NCBI GenBank assembly: GCA_977018835.1
Contig: OZ361259.1
Span: 3,224,001-3,288,000 of the forward strand
Length of the DNA stretch: 64,000 bases
Direction of reading: 5' to 3'
From: Minutocellus sp. GHC0000111
Taxonomy: Eukaryota
The notes under the pieces are model-generated. The model did not search any database. It was given only the letters and a program-made list of their open reading frames with translations, and had not been told where the DNA came from. Positions 53,711 through 64,000 of this stretch are shown here, in pieces (the stretch's first letter is position 1; the number at the start of each line of letters is the position of its first letter). Position numbers and translations under genes: made by a program.

Positions 53711-56700
53711 ATGGCCAAGCCGCGCAAGGCCGGCACCGCCCGCAGCTCCAGTCCAACCTCGTCGTCACGGCGGTGGTCCGTCGCTGCACCCCCCGAGGTC
53801 CTCCACTCCGCCGCCCTGCCATCTCCCACCACTAATAACGCATCCACAAAAACCAAGCGCGGGCGCAAGGTCACTCAGGTCCAATCATCCGCCGGCAACA
53901 CCATCACCCGAGAGTACTACGATGGCGTCACCCTGTCGTGCGATCGGCAGAAGGAGCTGCCCAAGTTTGTAAATGGACAGTATGAGGGGAACGCCCGGCG
54001 GAGACGAGACAGGCTGGTGAGGGAGAGGCAGAGGAAGTTGGCTGCTGGCGGTGGTGGCAATAGTGGCAACAGTGGTGGCGGTAGCGGTAAGGGTGGTGGG
54101 AGCAAAAGTGGAACCAAGCGCAAGGCGGCACCCACCCAACCAAAGCCGACAGTCGATGGACCATCCATCTCGGCGACGCCCTCTGCCTATCGGACCCCGA
54201 CGCCGCCCCGCCTGCTCCGTCCACCGTTGCCCAGAATGCCAAGTCGTTGCCCACCCGGGCCAAGGAAACGGAAAAGACGTGGTATCCGTATCTGGAGCCT
54301 TGGGCGGTGGTGCAGGTGATTGCCATCTATCGGGATGGTCATGTCGACAGCAATGGCAACGGCAATGGCAACAGCAATGGTGGAGATAGCGTCAAGCTGG
54401 AGGTCCGACGTCTGTACAGACACACCAACCTGGTCGGTGGTGTGCCGGGTCTGCTCGGCGATTCTCTGCTAAACACCGACGCCGCCAAACATGAGGGGGA
54501 GCACACGGAGGAAGTGTTGGAAACCTTCAAGGTGATGCGGGACGTGTCCGTCGATCGGATACTGGGCAGAGCCGTCCTGCGGGATGAGGTGGGGAGGCCG
54601 TTTGTCACTGCCAAACATTTGCAGAGCGGTGACAGTAGCGGCAGCAGCAGGAGCGGCGGCGGCAGCAACTCGCGTCGTCGTCATCATCATCCACTGGCGG
54701 TGCCTTTTGTCATCGATTCTACGCCAGCGGAGAGGAGCAGATCATGCCGCTGCTGCATGCCTCGACGTATGCACTGGAACGTTCTTTGGGACGATCCGAG
54801 TTGATACGGAACGATGCCAAGTTGCAGATAACGCTGAGGTGGAAGTACAAGCTCCATCTCCGATGGAGTGGTGGTGGATCAGCATTATCCGCATCGGATT
54901 CGGCGGCGGAGAGCATCGTGTCGTCCATTGCGGCCGACAGCGCCACGGTGCGGCTGCCCCCGCCTCTGCTGTCGCTGACGCAACTGGACGATGGTTCCCC
55001 AGTGGTAAGCACATCATCCGGCACTGCAAGGAAATTCTACGATTCCGCCCGGCTGTCCATCGATTGGTCGACGTTTCAGTACGGACGGGACATTGTGTGC
55101 GGCGGCAGCGGTGGGAGCGGCGGGTCGGTGGCGGCCATGGTCCGCCGGTGGACGGCCCGGGTGGGCGACGTGGTGGCGGTTCGTGCGGATGATGCCCGTC
55201 CGCCGAAGCTCAGTGAGTGGGTTCAGGCCAAGCGGGGCAATGCGTGGTATCCCTTTAACAGCGCTACCAAGTGGAGGCCGTGTCGAATTGCGGCCATTTA
55301 TACCGATGAGGTTACACCGTCCTCCTCACCCTCTACGTCGAAATCTTGGACGGACGTTAGCGACACCACCAAGGTGAAATTTGAGCTTCAGCTTCTGTAC
55401 CGTACTGCCGACGTCGCCGCTTTCAAATTGGCCGGGGCGCGTGGGAGTCGGACCAAGAATATAGACGATGAAGCCTACGACGTGGACCTTGTCGAGATGG
55501 ACACAACGATTGGGGCGGATGGGGCCTCCATCCTGGGACCGGTGGCAATCGCCGAGAAGGAAATGACGCCTCTTAGTGCATGGTCAACCCCGCAAACCAT
55601 CAGCGGTCCCTGCAGATTGCCCGTGGCATATCTTCGGTGCTGCAAGCAGTTTGACGAACAAGTGAAGCCAATCATTGACAGCTTGAGCGCTCGTCTCATG
55701 GATGCTTCCACGTACTACCCACGAAGCAAGAGCCTTGGCGATGCAATTAAGGATGTGCTGAATTCCGAATTTCCTCATGATATCACCGGGCTGAAGATGG
55801 AGGTTGAAGCTAACAACGTTGCACGAGGGCCTGCATTTGAAGATGACGATTATGATGAAACCGATGATGACGACGGAGATAAATCCATCTCTTCGGCCAA
55901 GCAAGCCTCGAAGCGTCAGAAAAAGGCGAAAGTAAGTGAAAAGAAACCGGAGAAAGTAGACAATACCGCTTCTGATGTAAGAAAGGATAGCGATGTCGAT
56001 AGCCTTGAAGAACAAGTGCCCGATGACGACGAAAGTAGCGATGACGAAATTGACGATGTTGAACAGGCATGGACGACATCACCCCCTTTTCACGTTGATG
56101 TTGCGTCCTCCAGGAGCTACTACACCGAGATTCATATCCATCCACCCTACGATCACTATGCTGCGCAATTTCGAGAGCCTTCCAGAGAAGGCAGCGGTGA
56201 CAATGTCTGGACGGTAAAGATTGGCGATACTGTCGCTGTTCACTTTGATGTCGGGGGCAATGTTGGCAATGGCCCAAAGCTGCCCTTCACCGCAACCTGG
56301 TGCCCAGCGGAGGTCGTTTGCATTTGGAAGCAGCATCGGTTTAAAGAAGACGTCACAAATCTCAAGGACGAGGCACCCGGCAGTCTCTCGGATGATGATG
56401 CAACCTCGGGAAGGTATGAAATGCGCATGGAAGTCCGCTGGCTGTATCGCCAACACGAAATGCCTGGCTCGGCCAGGCAGGCCTTTTCCGCTGCAAAGAC
56501 TGGGGGGTCGGAGGAGGTCATCGAGACCGATGACACGTTGGATTGCCCTGCCGCAGCGCTATTGGCCCCGGTAAAGCTCTACGCATCCTCTGTTCCATGT
56601 GATGTTCCTACCATCGACGCCCTTGGAATGCCCATTATGAGTTATCAATGCCATCGCTTTTGGTCGATTCATCGCAAGTCGTTAATGCCCTCGGGCTCTA

Positions 56701-58403
56701 TCAAGGGCCGCGTCGAGCGTGGCCGCATGTATTCAAGCTACTTCGGCAAAGATGCACTCCTCAAGGCCGCCCTTGACAAGATATTGGGAGGCGCCGGCAA
56801 TGACAGTGCGGCCAAGCTTTCTTCGGCGGCCGGCAAGGTCAGCTCAAAAGCCGAATTGAAAAGCAACTTTCGCGAAGCGATATCAAGATTGTCGCTTTCG
56901 GATGCCTCTGCCGATGCGCAGATTCGGGGCATGGAACTCACGGGCAGAAAGAAGGAGCTAAATCAGATCAAGGACTTTCTCCGTTCGGCCATTCAGGGTG
57001 CAAAGAATGAGTTCAAAGGCCTCGACGGGATAGAGATTGAATCATCAGTCAAGTCGTCCATCTTTATCGCCGGGCCTCCCGGTACCGGCAAGGTAAGTGG
57101 AACTTCTATTCTTAGTTTTATATTAATTTTTGTCTCAAAGTGCACTCCATCGCTCACATACTAGTACATCTCCCCTCTCTTACGTTCCCTTACACAGACC
57201 GCCTGCGTCAAGGCCGTCATTGCTCAGCTTCGCCATGAGCAGGCAAGTGGTGACATACCACAATTTGACTTTGTATCACTCAATGGGATGGAGATGCAAT
57301 ATCCCTTTGACGCCTACGTTCGTCTCTGGGAGGCCATCAGTGAGTTCAAGGAGAAACGCACGCCGGGCGTTGCAGCCGCCATGCTGGAACGTCATTTCGT
57401 CGGCAGTAGCTCCAAGAAAAGCGCCGGGACAAAGGAGGGGACCAAGCGTCCAGTCACCGTCGTTCTACTGGATGAGATTGATTACCTGGTGACCAACAAG
57501 CAGTCCGTTCTCTACAACTTCTTTGAATGGCCGAGACGCTCCGCCACCAACATATCTGGAGCGCGATTGGTTGTTATTGGTATCTCAAACACCATTAACC
57601 TCCCCGAACGGCTCAAGCCAGCAGTTCAATCTCGCTTGGGACGAGAACGGTGCGTCTTCAAGGCTTACAATGTTGAAGAAACCTGCAACATCCTCAAGGC
57701 CAGGCTTTCCGGTAGTGACGACGCCAAGGATGTTACCTCGACCTTTGATCAAGATGCCCTGACATTCGCCGCTAGAAAGACCGCCGTCATGTCTGGCGAC
57801 ATTCGCAAGGCCTTCCAGATTTGCAAGGCTGCCGCCGAAACTGTCTTGTCTAAGATGGAAGAGGAGGGAGAGCCAAGTCAGTCCAATGCGTCGAGGGGCA
57901 AGAGTGGTGTCGGTAGTGGTTCAAAGAAGGCCCCCAAGATTGTCCGCATCCCCGACATCCAACGCGCCGCTCGAGACATGTTCAACAGCATCATCAACCG
58001 AGCTGTTTCCTCGGCAACATCCTTCGAAGCCCTTCTCATTGTAAGCATCGCTTCTCTCCAGAAGCATACCGGAAGAGAAAAGGGCGGATTCGATGTACAG
58101 GAAATCCTCACGAAAATGAAGGGAGTGGCCGAAAGTCTTGGGGATCGACAATATCTCCCCCCTCCAAGCTTCGGCGAGCTACTTGGTATTCTCAACCGTT
58201 TAGGGGAAGCGCGCGTCATTACCCTACAAACTCCCAAGGGCCTCCACGCCTCGTACCACGCGTCATTGGGTGGAGGAGGGGGTGCCTGGCCACTGGTATC
58301 GCTCAGAATGGAGGACTACGAGGTGGAAGCTGCACTGAGAGACACTCCTCACAAGACACTGGCCGAAAAGCATTTGGCTGATAAGGGCTTGTTTGGTTTC
58401 TAG
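53711..58403 (+). CDS. ORC1: Origin recognition complex subunit 1 with three BAH-like domains; intron 57093-57197, apparent indels near 54150 and 54700
   Basis: LTGRKKELNQIKDFL, IFIAGPPGTGK|TA, FVSLNGMEM, VVLLDEIDYLVTNKQSVLYNFFEWP, ISNTINLPE, SRLG, SGDIRKAFQIC and a winged-helix tail. N-terminal BAH motifs (GD.V, VRWLYR, EEVIETD). Confidence 0.92.
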
Positions 58404-58469
58404 AATCTAATTTAGCTCATAGAACGGTGCTTATTTCCTCGAGTATTTGCTGTGGAGTGAGATATGCTT

Positions 58470-60431
58470 CTATTGCTCTTCCGATGCACACTGCATCTCC
58501 AGTTGGAGCGCCTCAGGACTCACATAAGTCCAATGATGAAAGAGCTCGTTGGTGCTTTTGCTCGTCGAGGCCGTCCACTTCTTGCGAAAACCCTGCGCAT
58601 AGGCAGAATCATGCGTCTCGAAGCACCGTCGACACATATCATCGATGCAGTCATTGAGAGAGCTGTATTGTTGGCAGCCATCACTATGATGGTCGGGTCT
58701 GGGACGAAGGTAGCGCTTCCATTGGCGCCAATTGTTCTCGCTACGTGCCACTCGTGTCATTTGGAGATAGGCGTGGTCTCTCACCCACTGCGGAATTGTT
58801 CGTGCAAGCGCTCCATTGGTGGTAAAGTCTTCGCCTTGCATCCAGGGATGATTGACAATGCCGTCGTAGCCTAGCCGCTTGCGAGGATCGCGTTCCAGGA
58901 GTGCTCGGATGAACGATTCAGCCTCGGGTTCGGTGCTGAACTGAGTTGGAGAGGGCACCTCAAACATGAGGCATCGGAACTCGGCATCATTCAAAACCTT
59001 CTTCGATGCTTCCTTGGAAAGGTTGCCGACCTGTGGGGTCGTTTCGCCGGAACCCGTCAGAGAACTCTTTCGTGCCGTAAGCGACCGCTCCGATCTCTGG
59101 AGTTCCTTCTTGGTTGGGAAGGGCCGCCGTCCCGTTACCATGGTATAGCAACACACGCCGAGAGCAAACCAATCAGCCCTCTCGTCATAGCCTGTGCGGG
59201 AGGAGTAGTCCGTGTAACGTTCCTGGACCTGCTCCGGTGGACGATAACCGGCGGTGCCACAAACTGTCCTTCGGCGGACCCAGCGAATATCATGTTCGCC
59301 TTCGCCGGTGCCGGTAGTCGCATGAGCACCAACAGCCTCAGCCATTTGTCTCACGGCAATCTCTTCCTGATCAGACATTTCAGGATCCCCGCTGCTTTCG
59401 CTCATGTCGTCAGTGCTTCGAGTTGGCTCACGAATGTCTCTTGGCATGCGGGCCGAACGAGGAAGCGACGGAGAGAGTGGCGGAAGCTTGGAGTCTTGGG
59501 GATCGGCATCGTCACTCAAAGATGGAGCTGGCTTCTTATGCTTCACCAAGGAACCCGAAAGTCCAAAATCAGTAAGCCGGATGTGACCGGATCGATCGAC
59601 GAGGACATTCGAAGGTTTGAGGTCGCGGTAGATGATGCCACGGCTGTGCATAAAGTTGATACCGAGGGCAATCTCCATGGTGTAGGTCTTGGCGAGGTCA
59701 AAGGGGAGCATCATGCCCGGACTTCCCGAAATCAATTGCGACAGCGTACCGCCCTCGACATAGTCCAAGGCAAGAACGGCAAAGCGTCGAGTGTGGAAGG
59801 CATATTCGAGACTGACGATGAAGGGATGACCACGACAGGCCGCCAACACCGTCCGCTCCATGTGCAAGACGGTCTCGTCCTCAATCTTCTTGGCACCAGA
59901 GCGCGAGGATCGAGCCATGGACTCCATCGGTTGGACCTTGAGCGCATACAATTTACCGGTATCGGTACGCTGCGCACGAAGGACAGCGCCGAAGCCACCC
60001 TTGCCGATGAGCTGATACTTGTCAAAGTCTCTCGAACCAACCCCTGCTTGCGGTAGGTGCGTTCGTCGGCGGCTGCCGCCATCACTGCTGCTATTGGAAT
60101 TATTTTGTTCGTTGCCATAGGCAAACTGCTTGTGCTGCCTTCTCGAAGCAAGGGTAAAGTGATTGCTAAAGTGGCTCTTGATGGCGACATCGTCCGAAGT
60201 GTTGACAACGTGATGCATATCCTTGACCAAAGATAGAATCGGTCCCTTCAGGGATGACGAGCGCCGTTTTTGCAAAACGGGAGCTCGGGGCTTGATTATC
60301 AGGTTGCTGTGTGGGGTCGAAGATTGGGGTGCGCATTGTGGTGGTAGGCGATGTGTTTGGGGCTGGTGATTGGTATTCGTTGGAGGGTCGCTGCGCCCTT
60401 TGCAGCCGAGGGTCGAGGCAGTGAGGCCCAT
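58470..60431 (-). CDS. AGC-group Ser/Thr kinase, GRK-like, with a long activation-segment insert
   Basis: IGKGGFG, GKLYALK, HPFIVSLEYAF, YRDLKPSN, LTDFGL, CGTAGYRPPE, ADWFALG, LLERDPRKRLG. Confidence 0.9.
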   Translation of the reverse strand: MGLTASTLGCKGRSDPPTNTNHQPQTHRLPPQCAPQSSTPHSNLIIKPRAPVLQKRRSSSLKGPILSLVKDMHHVVNTSDDVAIKSHFSNHFTLASRRQHKQFAYGNEQNNSNSSSDGGSRRRTHLPQAGVGSRDFDKYQLIGKGGFGAVLRAQRTDTGKLYALKVQPMESMARSSRSGAKKIEDETVLHMERTVLAACRGHPFIVSLEYAFHTRRFAVLALDYVEGGTLSQLISGSPGMMLPFDLAKTYTMEIALGINFMHSRGIIYRDLKPSNVLVDRSGHIRLTDFGLSGSLVKHKKPAPSLSDDADPQDSKLPPLSPSLPRSARMPRDIREPTRSTDDMSESSGDPEMSDQEEIAVRQMAEAVGAHATTGTGEGEHDIRWVRRRTVCGTAGYRPPEQVQERYTDYSSRTGYDERADWFALGVCCYTMVTGRRPFPTKKELQRSERSLTARKSSLTGSGETTPQVGNLSKEASKKVLNDAEFRCLMFEVPSPTQFSTEPEAESFIRALLERDPRKRLGYDGIVNHPWMQGEDFTTNGALARTIPQWVRDHAYLQMTRVARSENNWRQWKRYLRPRPDHHSDGCQQYSSLNDCIDDMCRRCFETHDSAYAQGFRKKWTASTSKSTNELFHHWTYVSPEALQLEMQCASEEQ

Positions 60432-60655
60432 GGAGCTTGAGAAGTGATAAAGTGGTAGGAAGCGGGAAGCCGGGGCAATCTGTTTGGCTCCACATCACGA
60501 GCGGTGTCGTTGAGGAGGTCTGATGCGTCATTTGACGTCAAATGAATGGTCACGAAGACTCGTACCTCGATGCACTGTTATCAAAGCCGGATCATCTCCG
60601 CATCGGAAGAAATAAATAGTTCGTCCGTCATGTTGAGCTGTGAGATTCTGGATTC

Positions 60656-61678
60656 TTACCATCCCCATTTTCCATTAAGATGTAGTAAGCCCTCCTCCAA
60701 CTCACGCATGATGCGAAGATATCTCCCTCTCACTACTCCCAGTATGTCGGCAATATGCTTACGAATTCCAGGGTGACCGGACAGACACTGAAGAACGCAA
60801 CTACTATGGCGGTGCTCGTGTTCCCACATGTACAGCTGTTGGTTCAAAGTGACGCCGTAATGAGAAATGCTGATTCAGAGGAGCGGAATTTGTCCCTAAC
60901 CATCCTTTCAAAGCCTTCTTTGGTGAAAGCGGGTACATCACGAAGATTGGTCCCAGTCAAAAATGCCATGAAGCCATCGTGCGTTTGAACTGCATCCTCT
61001 GCCCAACCAAGAAAATAAGGTGCTTCGTCACCAAAGATACACCGCCGAAACGCCACTTTGAGAAGACCACCGCTAATAAAGCCATTGCCACCGGGACAAA
61101 GAGCTTCCTTCAGGATCAACCAGCGGCAAATCTCTCTTTGGCGCTCTCTTTCGGTGGGATCGGCACATTTACTGATGCACGATACTGCAATACAAAGTGG
61201 ACTATCAAATGACGTACTTGTCCATCGAATGTCCTTCCACCCCCCGACCTCGTATAGCCACTTGCAAATGTCAAAATGCCCCTGGCAAGCAGCCGCATAC
61301 ATTGGTGTAGGGACGTCGTTCAACATTTTCTCTTCTTCGGTACCAATCGTAGAATCACCAACATAAAGATCGTACGCTTCGTCCCACCAATTTTCGTAAG
61401 TCGATGCGCCCTTGGAATACAAGTATCGACACATTCCCAGGTCACCGACGGTGCAAAAATAAAACAATGGGAACATATGGGTCGACTTCCCCGTCAATTG
61501 CTATGCGTTTGCATTGATCGGGTCTCTCAGGGTCAAACCCAACCTCCTTGAGCTTCTTCCGAGCGGTTTCCTCATCGTCCATGGGCCCACCAAACATCTT
61601 GGTCCCAAAGCACTTTTGCTTCTTGGCGGACCGGCTATCCCCACCGCTAGCTCTGGCAGATTCTACTGCATTCGACAT
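60656..61678 (-). CDS. NLS-ankyrin family protein, copy 4 (breaks near 61500 and 60845; possibly a pseudogene)
   Basis: SAKKQK, FGGPMDDEETARKKLKEVGFDP, PMYAAACQGHFDICKWL and LSGHPGIRKHIADILGVVRGRYLRIMRELE, spread over three ORF segments. Confidence 0.8.
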
Positions 61679-62585
61679 GATAATATGGTATCAACTCAAT
61701 GGCGAAGGCCACCTCCTGAAGTGTGGACCTGGCCATTGGTTGAAAACGATTCGCCATCACGACAAAGGTGCAAATCTCATTAAACTGACGGATGCACCTC
61801 TTTCGTGCAATCGCGACGCGTGTTGTCGTTGCCTACAGCTGTACCCTGCTCACAATGCACACAACCGCAGCCTCCTCCAACCCTCGAAGCAAAGAGAATC
61901 GAGTTGACGGGCAACCAGACCTTTGCGTCTATTGGGTCGCCGCAACTGCGAAGCTGGCTTCTCCTCCTCTCCCCGAGACTGTTGTGAAGCGATCCGTGCG
62001 CTTTGTGCCAGGCCTTGTGCCTCTTGGGCCGCGACGGATGCGCATCAATCAGTTCTCTCTCCTGCAATTGCATTGTGTCGTCGTCGTATCGTCGTATCTT
62101 CGCATTGTCGCATCGCAATGTCCTGTCAACAAACTAGCATTCCGTCGTTCCACCGCCCTTCTCGCTTTCTCCAAAGCTACGAACACGTACGGTGAGTACA
62201 TTGTCTGCTGCAAGTTTGGTGCATTGATCCTACAGACCGACTGGCGGGTGAGTCCTCCAGAAGGAGGTGCTTTCTGGTGGTGGGAGCAGGCCTGCGCTTC
62301 CTATCATGGGGAGGTGCTTTCTTGTGGTGGGGGGTAAGCCTGACTGGGATGGGTTGGTCGTATCGATTGTGCGTAAGAGAACGTCTGTCCTTCGCTCACC
62401 GCTTTTCCTCTCCTCGCGTTTTGACTGCCTCTCGCTCAATACCTCACATGATCGACGCTGTCGTCGGGGTCGGTGGACTGATTGCGCCGCTGCGTGCCGT
62501 TGGGCTGCGCTTTGGGGAAGCGGTCGGAGTTGGTTGCCTTGAGTGGTGGCTAACCCTAACCCTGGTGTTATCTTCCTTTAGTATC

Positions 62586-63128
62586 ATGGCGTCGTTTTCG
62601 CGGTTTGCGATTGAAGCATTTGGCGCAGATTCAGCACCATGGTTTGACGAACGCATCCGCCAGAGGATGGGGACACGCTCCAGGCTCGATCCAAGTAGAG
62701 AACCCCCAGTGTCAGTCCTCGAGGGACTTGTTGGCAAACGGCGCTGCAGCGATATTTTGGGCGACGACCCTTTCGATTTTACCACTTGGTATCACATTGA
62801 TCATCACGAGGACGGGTCCTTTCGCCTTCGCGTCCGGTATCCTCCAGCTGTCGACAACGAGCTTGTGACTGTGGCCGCGGTCCTGATGCCTGTCTCTGCC
62901 AACAACAAGCGTGAATCTTTAGCCGAAGGCTTCATATTCAATAGCAAAAAGGAGGCTAGGCATACAGCAGCATTCATATTCATCGTAAAGCTTCTCGACC
63001 ACGCCGACGAGAATCCGCCCGCACGAAATTGGCGCAACGTCCTTCCCGCCGAGGAGCCTGTAGAGGAGGTTGCGGCCGAGGAGGCCGAGGCGGCGAGGGC
63101 TGCGGAGGGAGAGTTAGGGCAAAATTAA
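62586..63128 (+). CDS. Hypothetical protein with a possible double-stranded-RNA-binding-motif (dsRBD)-like fold
   Basis: PPVSVLEGL...FRLRV...FNSKKEARHTAAFIFIVKLL resembles dsRBD helix 1, a beta strand and the KKxAxxxAA helix. Acidic tail. Confidence 0.45.
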   Translation: MASFSRFAIEAFGADSAPWFDERIRQRMGTRSRLDPSREPPVSVLEGLVGKRRCSDILGDDPFDFTTWYHIDHHEDGSFRLRVRYPPAVDNELVTVAAVLMPVSANNKRESLAEGFIFNSKKEARHTAAFIFIVKLLDHADENPPARNWRNVLPAEEPVEEVAAEEAEAARAAEGELGQN

Positions 63129-63321
63129 ATGAATTTTAATTGATAGATGTAGGGATGCATACCAGGTAAGGGTCGCGGTCCTCCCCGCGGCTTGGCCACT
63201 TTGCTGTCTCCCCGCGCTCATGCCTCGATTAATAGAAGAATGAATGTCCTCCCACGAAAATACTACTATACAGAGTCAGCTGATCGAGGTGTGCGAATCT
63301 CACCTCCCATTATAGAAGAGG

Positions 63322-64000
63322 TTAGAAGACCGCCCGCTCCAGGCCACGCAGAATGCGAAGATCCCTTCCTCTCACCACTCCAATCATATCAGCAATGTGC
63401 TTCCGAATTCCAGGGTGACCCGATAGGCATTGAACAATGCTGTGCGGCCTCTGCTCGCTGTTCCACAAAGACAGCTGTTGGTCTTCTGATAGGCTCTCCA
63501 TGATGGTAGTTGTAGAATTCGGTGACCGAAGCTTTTGGTTTAACAATTTGCGCAGTTCCTCTGTGGTGAATTGGGCATGAGGGAAGGTTCCCATGAGGAA
63601 CACCAGAAAGTTGTCATGCTCTGCTATGGCATCTCTTGCCCAGTTTCGCAAGAATATCGTGTCGTCACTATACCCCCCGAAGGCTTCTTCGATATGATCC
63701 GCGCACACAACACCATCATCATCTGGGCACAGAGCTTCGTTGAGAATCAACCAGCGACAAATCTGACGCAAACGACCACCTTCATCTTCATAACGTATTT
63801 TGCGAATCGCATTAGAAAGGGGGCTGTCATGGAAGTCGTTTATCAATCGAATATCCCCCCGTGCACCGTATTCGCATAGCCATTTGCAGATATCTAAATG
63901 CCCTCCGCGAGCGGCGGCGAATATGGGAGAACAGTAAAGGTTCCCCCCTTTGCTTTCGTCGTCGTCATCGTAATCATCGACCCAGTTTTGAGTTGTGGAG
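63322..64000 (-). CDS. NLS-ankyrin family protein, copy 5 (3' part; starts beyond the window end)
   Basis: PIFAAARGGHLDICKWL and ICRWLILNEALCP...FLVFLMGT...LSGHPGIRKHIADMIGVVRGRDLRILRGLE; closest to copy 4. Confidence 0.85.
   Translation of the reverse strand, partial: STTQNWVDDYDDDDESKGGNLYCSPIFAAARGGHLDICKWLCEYGARGDIRLINDFHDSPLSNAIRKIRYEDEGGRLRQICRWLILNEALCPDDDGVVCADHIEEAFGGYSDDTIFLRNWARDAIAEHDNFLVFLMGTFPHAQFTTEELRKLLNQKLRSPNSTTTIMESLSEDQQLSLWNSEQRPHSIVQCLSGHPGIRKHIADMIGVVRGRDLRILRGLERAVF

Noticed and set aside
10910..58403. Functional cluster of DNA replication and repair genes (SMARCAL1-like, TDP2, YqaJ, ORC1)
   Set aside because: The genes are spread over 47 kb among unrelated genes. 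Only the YqaJ-ORC1 adjacency is retained as a finding.
62551..62563. Telomeric repeat TAACCCTAACCCT
   Set aside because: Only two units, which is compatible with chance. It is not an interstitial telomere.

Overview
Gene-dense eukaryotic DNA with short GT-AG introns. It is almost certainly from a diatom: several genes carry bipartite plastid presequences with an ASAF/SSAF-type motif, and diatom-type RING-Sel1 and 'LGDxP..GPP..LDW' families are present. The flagellar dynein-assembly gene LRRC6/DNAAF11 points to a centric lineage (inference). About 35 protein-coding loci are recognisable, including OMP decarboxylase (5' end), thylakoid signal peptidase, prenylcysteine oxidase, a SMARCAL1-like helicase, RPA12, RluA pseudouridine synthase, plastid CGFS glutaredoxin, subtilisin, a CRTISO-family enzyme, a METTL24-like methyltransferase, TDP2, UDP-glucuronate 4-epimerase, a YqaJ-like nuclease, ORC1 and a GRK-like kinase. 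Many conserved genes, including the normally essential ORC1, carry 1-bp indels, often in homopolymers, so frameshifts here are probably assembly errors. The most notable structures are: a degenerate, non-coding ~186-bp (nucleosome-length) tandem array at ~34.1-35.6 kb abutting the CRTISO promoter; an ORC1 with three tandem BAH-like domains set head-to-head with a phage-type YqaJ nuclease; five dispersed copies of an NLS-ankyrin family with a conserved unnamed C-terminal box; two paralogous RING proteins with swapped chromatin-reader cassettes (Myb+Tudor versus 2x CXXC); a SNF2 helicase with tandem PDZ-like repeats; and a lone dsRBD-like ORF between two ankyrin copies. All family calls come from motif recognition by eye; no searches were run.
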